Of a stretch of DNA of 52,412 nt, positions 19,888 through 32,034 are shown in pieces (position 1 is the first letter of the stretch; each line of letters opens with the position of its first letter). Both the position numbers and the translations under genes were made by a program. Origin of the DNA: Actinomycetota bacterium (GTDB taxonomy: Bacteria > Actinomycetota > Actinomycetes > Actinomycetales > Microbacteriaceae); the NCBI GenBank assembly GCA_041172305.1, contig JBEDKF010000064.1, positions 1 through 52,412 on the forward strand, written 5' to 3'. Under the pieces are notes generated by a model that saw only the letters and a program-made list of their open reading frames with translations, did not search any database and had not been told where the DNA came from.

Positions 19888-19973
19888 AATCCGCATTTCG
19901 AAGCAAATCAGGTCAAAATGATTTCATTTCAGTATCAAAACGGCGAATCACCTGCGGATTCATTTGCTAAATG
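19888..19973. promoter_or_regulatory. Candidate operator region between divergent ALDH and Lrp genes
   Basis: AT-rich; aatccgca (19888-95)/tgcggatt (19953-60) inverted repeat; gaatc-N7-gattc; cattt-gct-aaatg. Confidence 0.4.
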
Positions 19974-19998
19974 GCATTTTCACTGACAAAATCGGAGC

Positions 19999-20472
19999 AT
20001 GTCTAGGGTTGCCCGCACCAAATCAAGTCAGCTGGACGATGTATCAAAGTTGATCATCGAACAACTTCAGCTTGACGGGCGTCGCTCATACTCGGAGATT
20101 GGCAAGGCTGTTGGCCTTTCCGAAGCGGCAGTTCGCCAGCGAGTGCAAAAACTAACCGAGTCAGGCGTCATGCAGGTTGTCGCTGTGACCGACCCGATGC
20201 AGCTCGGGTTTTATAGACAGGCCATGATTGGCGTTCGATGCGGCGGAGACACCCGAGCAATCTCAGAATCGTTGGCAGAAATGCCTGAGGTTGACTATGT
20301 GGTTATGACCGCTGGAAGTTTTGACATTTTGGTTGAGGTGGTTTGTGAGAACGATGACGATCTCATTGCCCTGCTCAATTCAAAGATCCGGACACTGCCC
20401 GGAGTGACATCTACCGAAACGTTCGTGTATTTGAAGGTCGCAAAGCAGGTCTACAACTGGGGAACCAGATGA
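19999..20472 (+). CDS. Lrp/AsnC family transcriptional regulator
   Basis: LDDVSKLIIEQLQLDGRRSYSEIGKAVGLSEAAVRQRV HTH; C-terminal RAM domain (GSFDILVEV, PGVTSTET). Confidence 0.95.
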   Translation: MSRVARTKSSQLDDVSKLIIEQLQLDGRRSYSEIGKAVGLSEAAVRQRVQKLTESGVMQVVAVTDPMQLGFYRQAMIGVRCGGDTRAISESLAEMPEVDYVVMTAGSFDILVEVVCENDDDLIALLNSKIRTLPGVTSTETFVYLKVAKQVYNWGTR

Positions 20473-20508
20473 TTCCCCTGCAAACCAACATGTAAAGAGT
20501 GATATCAA

Positions 20509-21951
20509 ATGGCTATCTGGAATCGAAAGAAAGCAGAAACCGCCACCCCGCTACTCGACGCTCGCAAGGCCGGACGAGAAGCAACCCCAGAAATGCTGCA
20601 GCAAGCCGCAAAAGACAACATGTTTTTGCAGTTCACCCGCCACAGCCCGTTCTACACAAAGAACGGTGAAATTCCGATCATTACGCACGCCAAGGGTCAC
20701 CACTTCTGGGACCAGAACGGTAAGCGCTACTTCGACGGCATCTCTAGCCTTTTCGCAGTAAACGCAGGCCACGGCCGCGAGCGACTCGCCGAGGCAGCCG
20801 CAAAGCAGATGCGTGAATTGGATTACTTCCCGCTTTGGTCGCACGCTCACAAGCCAGGAATCGAGCTATCGGAGCGCCTGCTCTCATACGCGCCGAAAAA
20901 CTTGTCTCGCGTGTTCTTCACCACCGGTGGTGGCGAGGCCAACGAGACCGCTTGGAAGCTTGCTAAGCAATACTTCAAAATTCAGGGCAAGCCGATGAAG
21001 CACAAGGTTTTGACACGTTCGGTGGCCTACCACGGCACATCGCACGGCGCCTTGTCGATGACCGGTATTCCATCCATGAAGAAGCAGTTCGAACCATTGG
21101 TGCCATCTACATTCCGAGTTCCGAACACCAACTGGTATCGCGCACAGGATCAATTCGCGACCGAGGAGGAGTTTGGCCTATGGGCCGCAGACCGCGTTGA
21201 AGAAATGATCCAGTTCGAAGACCCTGACACCGTTGCTATGTTCGTTCTAGAACCGGTGCAGAACTCTGGCGGTTGCTTCACTGCCCCGAAGAGCTACTTC
21301 AAGCGAGTTCGCGAGATTTGCGACAAGTATGACGTGCTGATCGTTGCCGATGAGACCATCGACGCCTTCGGTCGAGTTGGTGAGATGTTCGCATCGAACC
21401 GCTATGACTTCGAGCCAGACATGCTGGTCTGCGCAAAGGGCATGAGCTCGGCTTACGCACCGATTGGCGCCTTGCTGGTTGCCGAGAAGCTTTTCGAGCC
21501 GTTCAAGCACGGCACCGAGATCTTCCCGCACGGCTACACCTACAGCGGTCACCCGGTTTCGGCTGCCGTTGCACTTGCCAATCTAGACATCTTTGATGAA
21601 GAAGATCTGGTCGGCAATGTCCGCCGCAACGAGGGCGAGTTCCGTCGCACTCTTGAGAAGCTGAAGGACATCGACATCGTTGGCGATGTTCGCGGCGAGG
21701 GCTACTTCTGGGCCATCGAGTTGGTCAAGGACAAGAACACCAAGGAAACCTTCAACGACGCCGAGTCTGAGCGTTTGCTTCGTGGAATCTTGTCGCACCG
21801 CATGTTTGAAGAGGGGCTGTACTGCCGCTCTGATGACCGTGGCGACCCTGTAGTTCAGCTTGCTCCGCCGTTGACAATCGGCCCAGACGAGTTCAACGAG
21901 ATTGAACAGATTCTGCGTGGATGTCTACTAGAGGCTCAGCGAGCTCTGTAA
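20509..21951 (+). CDS. Class III aminotransferase, probable putrescine/omega-amine transaminase
   Basis: FTTGGGEANETAWKLA, AYHG, EPVQNSGG, AKGMSSAY, HGYTYSGHP; substrate inferred from context. Confidence 0.85.
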   Translation: MAIWNRKKAETATPLLDARKAGREATPEMLQQAAKDNMFLQFTRHSPFYTKNGEIPIITHAKGHHFWDQNGKRYFDGISSLFAVNAGHGRERLAEAAAKQMRELDYFPLWSHAHKPGIELSERLLSYAPKNLSRVFFTTGGGEANETAWKLAKQYFKIQGKPMKHKVLTRSVAYHGTSHGALSMTGIPSMKKQFEPLVPSTFRVPNTNWYRAQDQFATEEEFGLWAADRVEEMIQFEDPDTVAMFVLEPVQNSGGCFTAPKSYFKRVREICDKYDVLIVADETIDAFGRVGEMFASNRYDFEPDMLVCAKGMSSAYAPIGALLVAEKLFEPFKHGTEIFPHGYTYSGHPVSAAVALANLDIFDEEDLVGNVRRNEGEFRRTLEKLKDIDIVGDVRGEGYFWAIELVKDKNTKETFNDAESERLLRGILSHRMFEEGLYCRSDDRGDPVVQLAPPLTIGPDEFNEIEQILRGCLLEAQRAL

Positions 21952-21965
21952 AGGTTCTATGCACA

Positions 21966-22011
21966 AAAGCGTGAACGCCGACTCTCTCAACAGAGTCGGC
22001 GTTCATGCTTT
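21966..22011 (+). terminator. Intrinsic terminator
   Basis: aaagcgtgaacgccgactct-N6-agagtcggcgttcatgcttt long stem after the aminotransferase. Confidence 0.85.
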
Positions 22012-22042
22012 AATCGAAACACTCCTCCCCTAGCCTTCAAGG

Positions 22043-22528
22043 ATGAAGAACATGACACAAGAAGCAATTCGCTGCTTTGAATCTCCGGTCGGAAACATAG
22101 TTTTGACGTCCCGAAACAATAAGGTCATTCATCTGACTATGGGAGGGCCGGCCGTCGAAAACTCGGGAGCCGCAACGGTTCTCGATTTTGCCGAAAAGCA
22201 ACTGAGGAACTACTTCGCGGGTAAGACTCAAATCCTCGATTTCGATGTCGAACTTAAAGGCACTGAGTTTCAACGCGCCGTCTGGGATGAAATCAGAAAG
22301 ATCGGCTTTGGTGAAACCAAGACTTACGGAGACATTGCCGTTGCCATTGGCCGCCCGAAAGCGGTGCGAGCTGTTGGTGGCGCAGTCGGGGCAAATCCGG
22401 TGCCTCTCGTCGTTGGTTGCCACCGCGTTCTAGGAGCCTCAGGCAAGATCACGGGTTACTCAGGTGGAGATGGCCTACCGACCAAACGCTGGCTCTTATC
22501 GCTAGAGGGCTTGAAGGCGAAGGAATAA
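22043..22528 (+). CDS. ogt: Methylated-DNA--protein-cysteine methyltransferase
   Basis: GTEFQRAVW, RAVGGAVGANP, active site VGCHRV (PCHR variant). Confidence 0.93.
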   Translation: MKNMTQEAIRCFESPVGNIVLTSRNNKVIHLTMGGPAVENSGAATVLDFAEKQLRNYFAGKTQILDFDVELKGTEFQRAVWDEIRKIGFGETKTYGDIAVAIGRPKAVRAVGGAVGANPVPLVVGCHRVLGASGKITGYSGGDGLPTKRWLLSLEGLKAKE

Positions 22529-22529
22529 C

Positions 22530-23105
22530 TTGACCTTTGTAAAGCAGTTTGAAGACGGGCTCGCCCGCTGTTCATGGCTGAATAACGACCCTGTCTACAT
22601 TCGCTATCACGATGAAGAGTGGGGTGTCGAGGTTCGCGGTGACCGCGAGATTTTCGAACGCATAACCCTTGAGGGTTTCCAGGCGGGGCTGTCTTGGATT
22701 TCGATTCTCAAGCGCCGAGAAGGCTTTCGAGCTGCCTTTGAGAACTTCGAACTTGAAAAGGTGGCTGCCTTCACAGCAGCCGACGTTGAACGCCTCATGC
22801 TAGACATCGGCATCATTCGCAATCGGGCAAAGATTCTCAGCACCATACAAAATGCCAACCTGATACTTCAGATGCAAGCCAACGGGGAAAGCATAAGTGA
22901 CTTGGTTTGGAGTTTCCGGCCCGAAGGTGCCGAACGTCAAGATTCCACATTCACCTGGTTGGCCATAACTCCCGAATCAACAGCGCTCAGCAAAGAACTT
23001 CGGCTGCGCGGGTTTGGCTTCGTTGGCCCAACAACCATGTATGCCATGATGCAGGCAATCGGCATGGTCAAGGACCACGCGCCCGGATGCCATAGGCGAT
23101 ACTAA
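22530..23105 (+). CDS. tag: DNA-3-methyladenine glycosylase I
   Basis: RCSW, YHDEEWG, LEGFQAGLSW, IIRNRAKI, FVGPTT, DH..GC. Confidence 0.95.
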   Translation: MTFVKQFEDGLARCSWLNNDPVYIRYHDEEWGVEVRGDREIFERITLEGFQAGLSWISILKRREGFRAAFENFELEKVAAFTAADVERLMLDIGIIRNRAKILSTIQNANLILQMQANGESISDLVWSFRPEGAERQDSTFTWLAITPESTALSKELRLRGFGFVGPTTMYAMMQAIGMVKDHAPGCHRRY

Positions 23106-23109
23106 AGAC

Positions 23110-24243
23110 ATGTCAGTCAAACGCCTCGCGCTCGGAATCGCCACGATCTTCGCTTTAGTCGGTGCACTAAACCTCGTTGCCTTTCTCGTGCTGCCCCACC
23201 CACTCATCTCACTGGGCGAAAACAAGAGTTCCGCAGAAGGCTCTGCCGCGAGAGGAATGGCCACCTCTGACTCCAAGATGGCGGTCATGCCATTTAACTT
23301 CGAATACGTTGCCGCAGATGACCTGAGCGACCAAGCCGGCAAGGGCAAGGTTTATGAGTTGAATCTCCAAGGCACTCCAGAGGCTGTCTTGGAAAGAGCG
23401 GCGAAGGCACTTGGCATCAAGGGCGAGGTTCGCAAGAGCTCATACTGGTCAGCGGAAAACCCTAGCTACTTCATCGGCTCCGAGGACGGCTCGAGCCCAA
23501 GTGTCTCGATTTGGTGGAACGGCACCGGCAACTGGTACTACAGCAACTACTCGGCTCAACCCGAACAGCCTTGCCTGCGCAAGGAAAAGGCCGAGGATGG
23601 CAGCGAATACTGCGCGGAATACCCTGAACAAAAGCCAACTCCAGAACTTCTACCTAGCAAAGCGGAGATTTTGGTGGATGCGCAACGGATTTTTGGAGCA
23701 ACCGGGCTTAAGGTCTCGGCTGACGAAATTGTGATTTACCGCGATGACTGGTCAGCTTCGGCCACCGCGAGCCAGAGAGTGGGCGGCCAGGAAACAGCAA
23801 TCACTTGGTCAATTGGCTACGACTCCAAGGGCAACCTTTCTTGGGCTTCCGGAAACTCGGTCACCGCCGTCGAACGCGGAGATTTCGATACGGTCTCTGC
23901 GAAGAAGGCCGTGGCGCGATTGTCTGACTGGCGTTGGTTTGGTGCGCCGGCGAACAACGCTTATCCGGCAACAGAGCCGACGAACAAGTTGGCAACTTTG
24001 GACATGCCAGCCACCAATGAAGGTGAACCCGAAACCATCGTGGTCACGATCACCGATTCAAAGAATCACCTACTTCAGATTTGGGACAAGTCTGGAGGCT
24101 CGTGGTTAGTTCCGGGCTATGGCCTACAGGGTTCGAATGGTTCGGTGAGTTTTGTGGTCTCGTTGGTTGAGGGGGTAATCGAACTGCCTGAACCCATCGC
24201 GATCGACCCTGGCATGCCCGCGGTCGACCCTATGACCAAATAG
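23110..24243 (+). CDS. Hypothetical membrane-anchored/secreted protein
   Basis: 377 aa ORF, N-terminal hydrophobic helix, Trp/Ser/Gly-rich, one Cys pair. Confidence 0.8.
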   Translation: MSVKRLALGIATIFALVGALNLVAFLVLPHPLISLGENKSSAEGSAARGMATSDSKMAVMPFNFEYVAADDLSDQAGKGKVYELNLQGTPEAVLERAAKALGIKGEVRKSSYWSAENPSYFIGSEDGSSPSVSIWWNGTGNWYYSNYSAQPEQPCLRKEKAEDGSEYCAEYPEQKPTPELLPSKAEILVDAQRIFGATGLKVSADEIVIYRDDWSASATASQRVGGQETAITWSIGYDSKGNLSWASGNSVTAVERGDFDTVSAKKAVARLSDWRWFGAPANNAYPATEPTNKLATLDMPATNEGEPETIVVTITDSKNHLLQIWDKSGGSWLVPGYGLQGSNGSVSFVVSLVEGVIELPEPIAIDPGMPAVDPMTK

Positions 24244-24954
24244 TTAGGTCGCGCTGCGCGTTACAAGGGTCAAGACAGAGCCTTTGACCTCAATACTCAA
24301 GCCTGCCTTGGCGGCGCATTTCTTGAGGTCTCCCAGGGTTTGGGGAGGTGTAGCCGCCATCAGCGCTGCCCGAACCAGTTGCCCCTTAGCCTTCTTGTTG
24401 AAATGATTCAACTGCTCTCTGGAGCCATCTTCATGTTCCACGAAAACGGCAACCTGGTAAGACTCCAGCGCTTCGGGGATGGGCGCCAAATCGGCATAAG
24501 TCTTCGAACGCAGATCGATGATGATGCCTCCGGCCAGCCTTGGCCAAATTGCCTGATGGGCCTCACTCCAAAGCGCTTTGAGATTAAGTCCGTTGAGCTT
24601 CTTCGTCGCGTTGATTTTGTATTCGGGAATCAAGTCAGTAGCCGGAATCAAGCCGAACATGGCCGATTGGATCAAAACAGTTGATTTTGCGCGGGCTACT
24701 TCGCCAGAGGTTAGAGAGTTGTGCTCGGTTGGTGTGCCCTTCAACCCTCGTCCGTGCAATGCCCCATAGAGGGTTCCCGTGTAACGATCTAAGGCGCGCA
24801 TTGTTGGCGCTGAAAGCAGCTCCTCTGCCCCTGCAGCCTCAATGACTGCCTCTCTCGCCTTGTTCAGACCACCAAAAGTGAGCGCCACCTGATCGATGGT
24901 TAGCGAACCGCCACCTGGGCGTTTGGATTCGGATGGTGGCAACAGGAACAACAT
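24244..24954 (-). CDS. yaaA: Peroxide stress protein YaaA family
   Basis: LLPPSESK, ALDRYTGTLY, SAMFG, IIDLRSKTY, HFNKKAKG. Confidence 0.88.
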   Translation of the reverse strand: MLFLLPPSESKRPGGGSLTIDQVALTFGGLNKAREAVIEAAGAEELLSAPTMRALDRYTGTLYGALHGRGLKGTPTEHNSLTSGEVARAKSTVLIQSAMFGLIPATDLIPEYKINATKKLNGLNLKALWSEAHQAIWPRLAGGIIIDLRSKTYADLAPIPEALESYQVAVFVEHEDGSREQLNHFNKKAKGQLVRAALMAATPPQTLGDLKKCAAKAGLSIEVKGSVLTLVTRSAT

Positions 24955-24988
24955 GGTTCAATGCTAAAGCCCCGCCTAGACTTGAATC
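24955..24988. promoter_or_regulatory. Compact divergent leaderless-type promoter pair
   Basis: TAGCAT-N6-ATG (minus, yaaA) and TAGACT-N6-ATG (plus, pduO) within 34 bp. Confidence 0.65.
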
Positions 24989-25609
24989 ATGGTCAAACTC
25001 ACAAAGATTTACACCCGCACGGGCGATGAAGGAATGACCGGGCTCAGCGACTTCACCCGCGCCCGCAAGACAGACCCGCGAATCGAAGCCTACGCAGATG
25101 TAGATGAGGCAAACTCTGCCATCGGCGTAGCCGTTGCATTGGCCAAGGATGAATTCGACAGTCAAACACTTGAACTGCTTCTGCGCATTCAGAATGATCT
25201 TTTCGACCTCGGCGCAGACCTATCGAACCCGCTTAACGAGCACTACGAATATGCGCCCATTCGCATAGAGGAATCCTGGATTGTTGACCTTGAGAATTCG
25301 ATTGACAAATACAACGGCGACTTGGACAAATTGGATTCATTTATTCTGCCTGGCGGGTCAGGCCTTGCCGCAGGCTTGCACCTAGCTCGCACCGTGGTTC
25401 GTCGGGCTGAACGAGCAACTTGGCACGCAATCGAGGCGTACGGCACTGAGCCAGCCAAGAAGGGCAATCCAAACGGAGGCATCAACGTAGCCGCCGCAAA
25501 GTACTTAAACCGCCTGAGCGACCTCCTGTTCGTGCTTGCGCGCTATGCGAACGTCAAACATGGAGGCGATGTGAAGTGGGTTCCTAGCAAGGCTCGCTCC
25601 CGGAGATAG
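24989..25609 (+). CDS. pduO: ATP:cob(I)alamin adenosyltransferase (PduO type)
   Basis: KIYTRTGDEG, YADVDEANS, QNDLFDLGADL, FILPGG, ARTVVRRAER, YLNRLSDLLF. Confidence 0.93.
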   Translation: MVKLTKIYTRTGDEGMTGLSDFTRARKTDPRIEAYADVDEANSAIGVAVALAKDEFDSQTLELLLRIQNDLFDLGADLSNPLNEHYEYAPIRIEESWIVDLENSIDKYNGDLDKLDSFILPGGSGLAAGLHLARTVVRRAERATWHAIEAYGTEPAKKGNPNGGINVAAAKYLNRLSDLLFVLARYANVKHGGDVKWVPSKARSRR

Positions 25610-25611
25610 AA

Positions 25612-25857
25612 ATGCCGGAATTCTTTATCGTGGTTGGTGTGGCAATCGTTTTCCTGGCCGCAGTCTTGACCCCTTTCCGACTTCCAGAGCGAAAAGCCCC
25701 TAGGCGCAAACGCTATCGAGGTGGTTTAGGCCCAGCATTGGGTGCCATCAATGAAATCTTCAACCCGAGTGCCCAAAAGGCATCGATCATCCTTGAAGAG
25801 AAGAAGATTGCCCGCAAGGCGACTCCCGCCGCCGAAGACCCTTTAGATAAAAATTGA
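25612..25857 (+). CDS. Small single-pass membrane protein
   Basis: 81 aa; GGAG SD; TM helix, basic patch, GAINEIFNPSA motif; ends just before a terminator. Confidence 0.7.
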   Translation: MPEFFIVVGVAIVFLAAVLTPFRLPERKAPRRKRYRGGLGPALGAINEIFNPSAQKASIILEEKKIARKATPAAEDPLDKN

Positions 25858-25861
25858 GAAT

Positions 25862-25895
25862 AAGAAAACCCCGACCAAAAGGCCGGGGTTTTCTT
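25862..25895. terminator. Bidirectional intrinsic terminator (end of atp operon)
   Basis: aagaaaaccccg-N10-cggggttttctt with A/T tracts on both sides. Confidence 0.88.
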
Positions 25896-25905
25896 TTGAA
25901 ACTCT

Positions 25906-26163
25906 TTAGATCAGTGCAGCGTGGCGTGCAACAACGGTCACAACATCCTTCTCGATCGATAGGAAGCCATCCTCGGCCGAAGCCTTGATGATTTCGCCAC
26001 CCTCGAGAGTGATGCGCACCTCGCCTGATGCAAGAATCGCAAGCATTGGCTCGTGGCCTGGCAGCAAACCGATTTCACCTTCGACGGTCTTAGCGACCAC
26101 CATCTTGGCTTCTCCAGTCCAAACGGCCTGGTCGGCGGCTACTAGCTCAACGTGCAGTGCCAT
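25906..26163 (-). CDS. atpC: ATP synthase epsilon subunit (short form)
   Basis: GEIGLLPGHEP, GFLSI; last gene of the atp operon. Confidence 0.95.
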   Translation of the reverse strand: MALHVELVAADQAVWTGEAKMVVAKTVEGEIGLLPGHEPMLAILASGEVRITLEGGEIIKASAEDGFLSIEKDVVTVVARHAALI

Positions 26164-26165
26164 TG

Positions 26166-27638
<1,473 letters not shown>

Positions 27639-28547
27639 TTAGTCTTCGTTGCCAGCGGTAGACAGGGCGTCTGCTCCACCGACAATTTCGGAAATCTGCT
27701 GGGTAATCTCAGACTGGCGTGCTGAGTTGCTCAGTCTGGTGTAGTTCTTGATCAACTTGTCTGCGTTGTCGGTTGCCGACTTCATAGCCTTCTGTCGTGC
27801 AGCGTGCTCTGAAGCAGCAGACTGCAACATTGCGTTGAAGATGCGGCTCTCGATGTAAACAGGTAGCAAAGCGTCTAGCACCTTGTTTACGTCTGGTTCG
27901 AACTCGTATAGAGGGAAAACTTCGCTCTCGGTTGGCTCGTCGGCGCCTTCGACTACCTCAAGAGGTAGAAGACGAACAACCTCAGGAACCTGGGCAATCA
28001 TCGAAACGAAACGGTTCGAGACAAGGTGAATCTCGTCCACGCCGCCGTCTGCGTAATCCGTGTTGAAAGCTGCAACAACCGCGTCTGCAATCTCCTTGGC
28101 AGTGTCGAACACTGGCAAGTCGGTGCCACCGATCCAGCTGCGAACAGCCTCACGACGACGGAAGTTGAAGTTAGCAACAGCCTTGCGACCGATTAGGTAG
28201 TAAACAACTTCCTTGCCCTGCTCTTCGAGAAGGTTTGATAGCTGCTCTGCTTCCTTTAGAACGTTCGATGAGAACGCTCCGGCAAGACCGCGGTCAGAGG
28301 TAAAGATAACGACTGCTGCGCGATCGATACGAGCCGGCTCGGTGGTTAGTGGGTGATCGACGTTTCCGAAGGTTGCCACTGCCGAGACGGCACGGGTCAC
28401 AGCACGTGCATACGGGTTTGCCGCTGCCAGGCGCTGCTGTGCCTTGTAGATTCGCGAAGCAGAGATTAGCTCCATGGCACGAGTGATCTTCTTGGTGGTC
28501 TGTGCAGACTTAATTTTCTGTCTGTAGACGCGAAGTTGCGCTCCCAT
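27639..28547 (-). CDS. atpG: ATP synthase gamma subunit
   Basis: [34 protein letters not shown]. Confidence 0.98.
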   Translation of the reverse strand: MGAQLRVYRQKIKSAQTTKKITRAMELISASRIYKAQQRLAAANPYARAVTRAVSAVATFGNVDHPLTTEPARIDRAAVVIFTSDRGLAGAFSSNVLKEAEQLSNLLEEQGKEVVYYLIGRKAVANFNFRRREAVRSWIGGTDLPVFDTAKEIADAVVAAFNTDYADGGVDEIHLVSNRFVSMIAQVPEVVRLLPLEVVEGADEPTESEVFPLYEFEPDVNKVLDALLPVYIESRIFNAMLQSAASEHAARQKAMKSATDNADKLIKNYTRLSNSARQSEITQQISEIVGGADALSTAGNED

Positions 28548-28597
28548 GTCTCTCTCCGTTCCTTAAATAGAAGTTGTTTGTTTAGGCGAAGAAGTTA

Positions 28598-30277
<1,680 letters not shown>

Positions 30278-30360
30278 CTCGTTCCTCTACTTCTGGGGCG
30301 AACCCCGGTTGGTCTTTCTAGGCCAGTCGCCGAAACGACTGAAGTTTGTGGGTCAGTTCG

Positions 30361-31164
30361 CTATGCGAGCTGAAGTTTTGCTTGTAGCAATCGTGCGCTG
30401 AGGCTTCCGTCAAGAATCTCGCCGCCGACCTGTACTTTCATGCCGCCAAGGATCGATTCATCAACCTCGACGTTTAGCTTCAAGCTGTGTCCGTAGGACT
30501 TAGCCAAAAGCGCCTCAAGGCGTTCTAGCTGCTTGTCGCTAACTGGTGCCGCAACGGTGACGGTTGCGACTAGACGCTCGGCATAGGCAGAAACCTGCTT
30601 GCCAAACTGCTCTAGAGCCACCGCAACACGACGGCGACGAGCACCGGTCACTGCGCGGCGGATTAGAACTGCTGCTTCCTCGGTGGCTTTGCCCTTGAGA
30701 AGAGCGTTGACTAGCGCGATCTTTGCGTCATCTGATGCCGAGGCGTTACCTAGAGCAAACTGAAGTTCCTGGTCGGAATCAACGGCGGTCTGGAATGCGA
30801 ATAGTTCGCTTTCCACGCTTGAAAGCTTCTTGCCGTTGGCCGCGATTGCGGCAACCGTAAAGACCGCGAGCTGCTCGAAAGCAGCAACGAGGTCTTGTCC
30901 GGTTGACCAGCGGAGGGCAACTAGAGAGTTTGAGAACTCAAGTGCCGAAGCCGAAACACCCTTACCGAAAACAGCGGTAAGTGCGCCTGACTTGGCCTTT
31001 GCCTCGGCGGAAGGGTCCGAGAGGATGCTTCGCAGTTGAGCTGAAGATGCAACGGCTGCGCCGACTGCAAAGATCTCTTCTGCGAACTTGAGGTCTGCCT
31101 TGGCCAGAAGAGGAGTTAGTGCCCCTTTAGCCGCAGCTAGTGACTGTCTAGTTGAACTCGCCAT
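30361..31164 (-). CDS. atpH: ATP synthase delta subunit (long actinobacterial form)
   Basis: Operon position; VDESILGGMKVQVGGEILDGS. Confidence 0.95.
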   Translation of the reverse strand: MASSTRQSLAAAKGALTPLLAKADLKFAEEIFAVGAAVASSAQLRSILSDPSAEAKAKSGALTAVFGKGVSASALEFSNSLVALRWSTGQDLVAAFEQLAVFTVAAIAANGKKLSSVESELFAFQTAVDSDQELQFALGNASASDDAKIALVNALLKGKATEEAAVLIRRAVTGARRRRVAVALEQFGKQVSAYAERLVATVTVAAPVSDKQLERLEALLAKSYGHSLKLNVEVDESILGGMKVQVGGEILDGSLSARLLQAKLQLA

Positions 31165-31166
31165 GT

Positions 31167-31736
31167 TTACTTCTTGCCTGCTTTGGTTTTAGCAACACTG
31201 TCAGCGGCTTCGAGGTCGGCCAGGAACTGGTCAACTACGCCCGCTGCAACTTTTTCGTTCTTCAAGCTTGCTCCAACAACACTTGATGCGAGGTCGATGG
31301 CAAGTGAGCCAACCTCTGCGCGAAGTGAGACTAGAGCTGCCTGACGCTCGGCTTCTATTTGAGCCTTCGCGGTCGCGGTTAGTCGAGCTGCCTCTGATGA
31401 TGCCTGCTCCTTGAGTTCAGCAAGAATTGCTGCACCTTCGGCGCGTGCTTCTTCACGAATCTTGGCTGCCTCGGCGCGTGCCTCGGCCTGCTCGGCTTCG
31501 ATGTTTGCAGTCTTTGCTGCAGCCTCTGCCTGAGCCTTTTCAGCGGCCTCAAGGCGACCTTCGATCGCCTCGGTGCGTGCATCAAGAGTCTTCTTGAAGT
31601 TCGGTAGAACTCTGAACCAGAAGAATCCAAGCAGGATTACGAAGACAACCGAAGACCACAGGAGATCGTACGACTCTGGGAGGAGTGGGTTTTTAGTCGC
31701 ACCCTCCGCAGCGTTCGCGAGAATCCTAGAAATCAT
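31167..31736 (-). CDS. atpF: ATP synthase b subunit
   Basis: NPLLP plus TM helix plus Ala/Glu coiled coil; operon position. Confidence 0.95.
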   Translation of the reverse strand: MISRILANAAEGATKNPLLPESYDLLWSSVVFVILLGFFWFRVLPNFKKTLDARTEAIEGRLEAAEKAQAEAAAKTANIEAEQAEARAEAAKIREEARAEGAAILAELKEQASSEAARLTATAKAQIEAERQAALVSLRAEVGSLAIDLASSVVGASLKNEKVAAGVVDQFLADLEAADSVAKTKAGKK

Positions 31737-31754
31737 GGTTTAGGTCCTGACTGA

Positions 31755-32024
<270 letters not shown>

Positions 32025-32034
32025 TCAGATCTGA

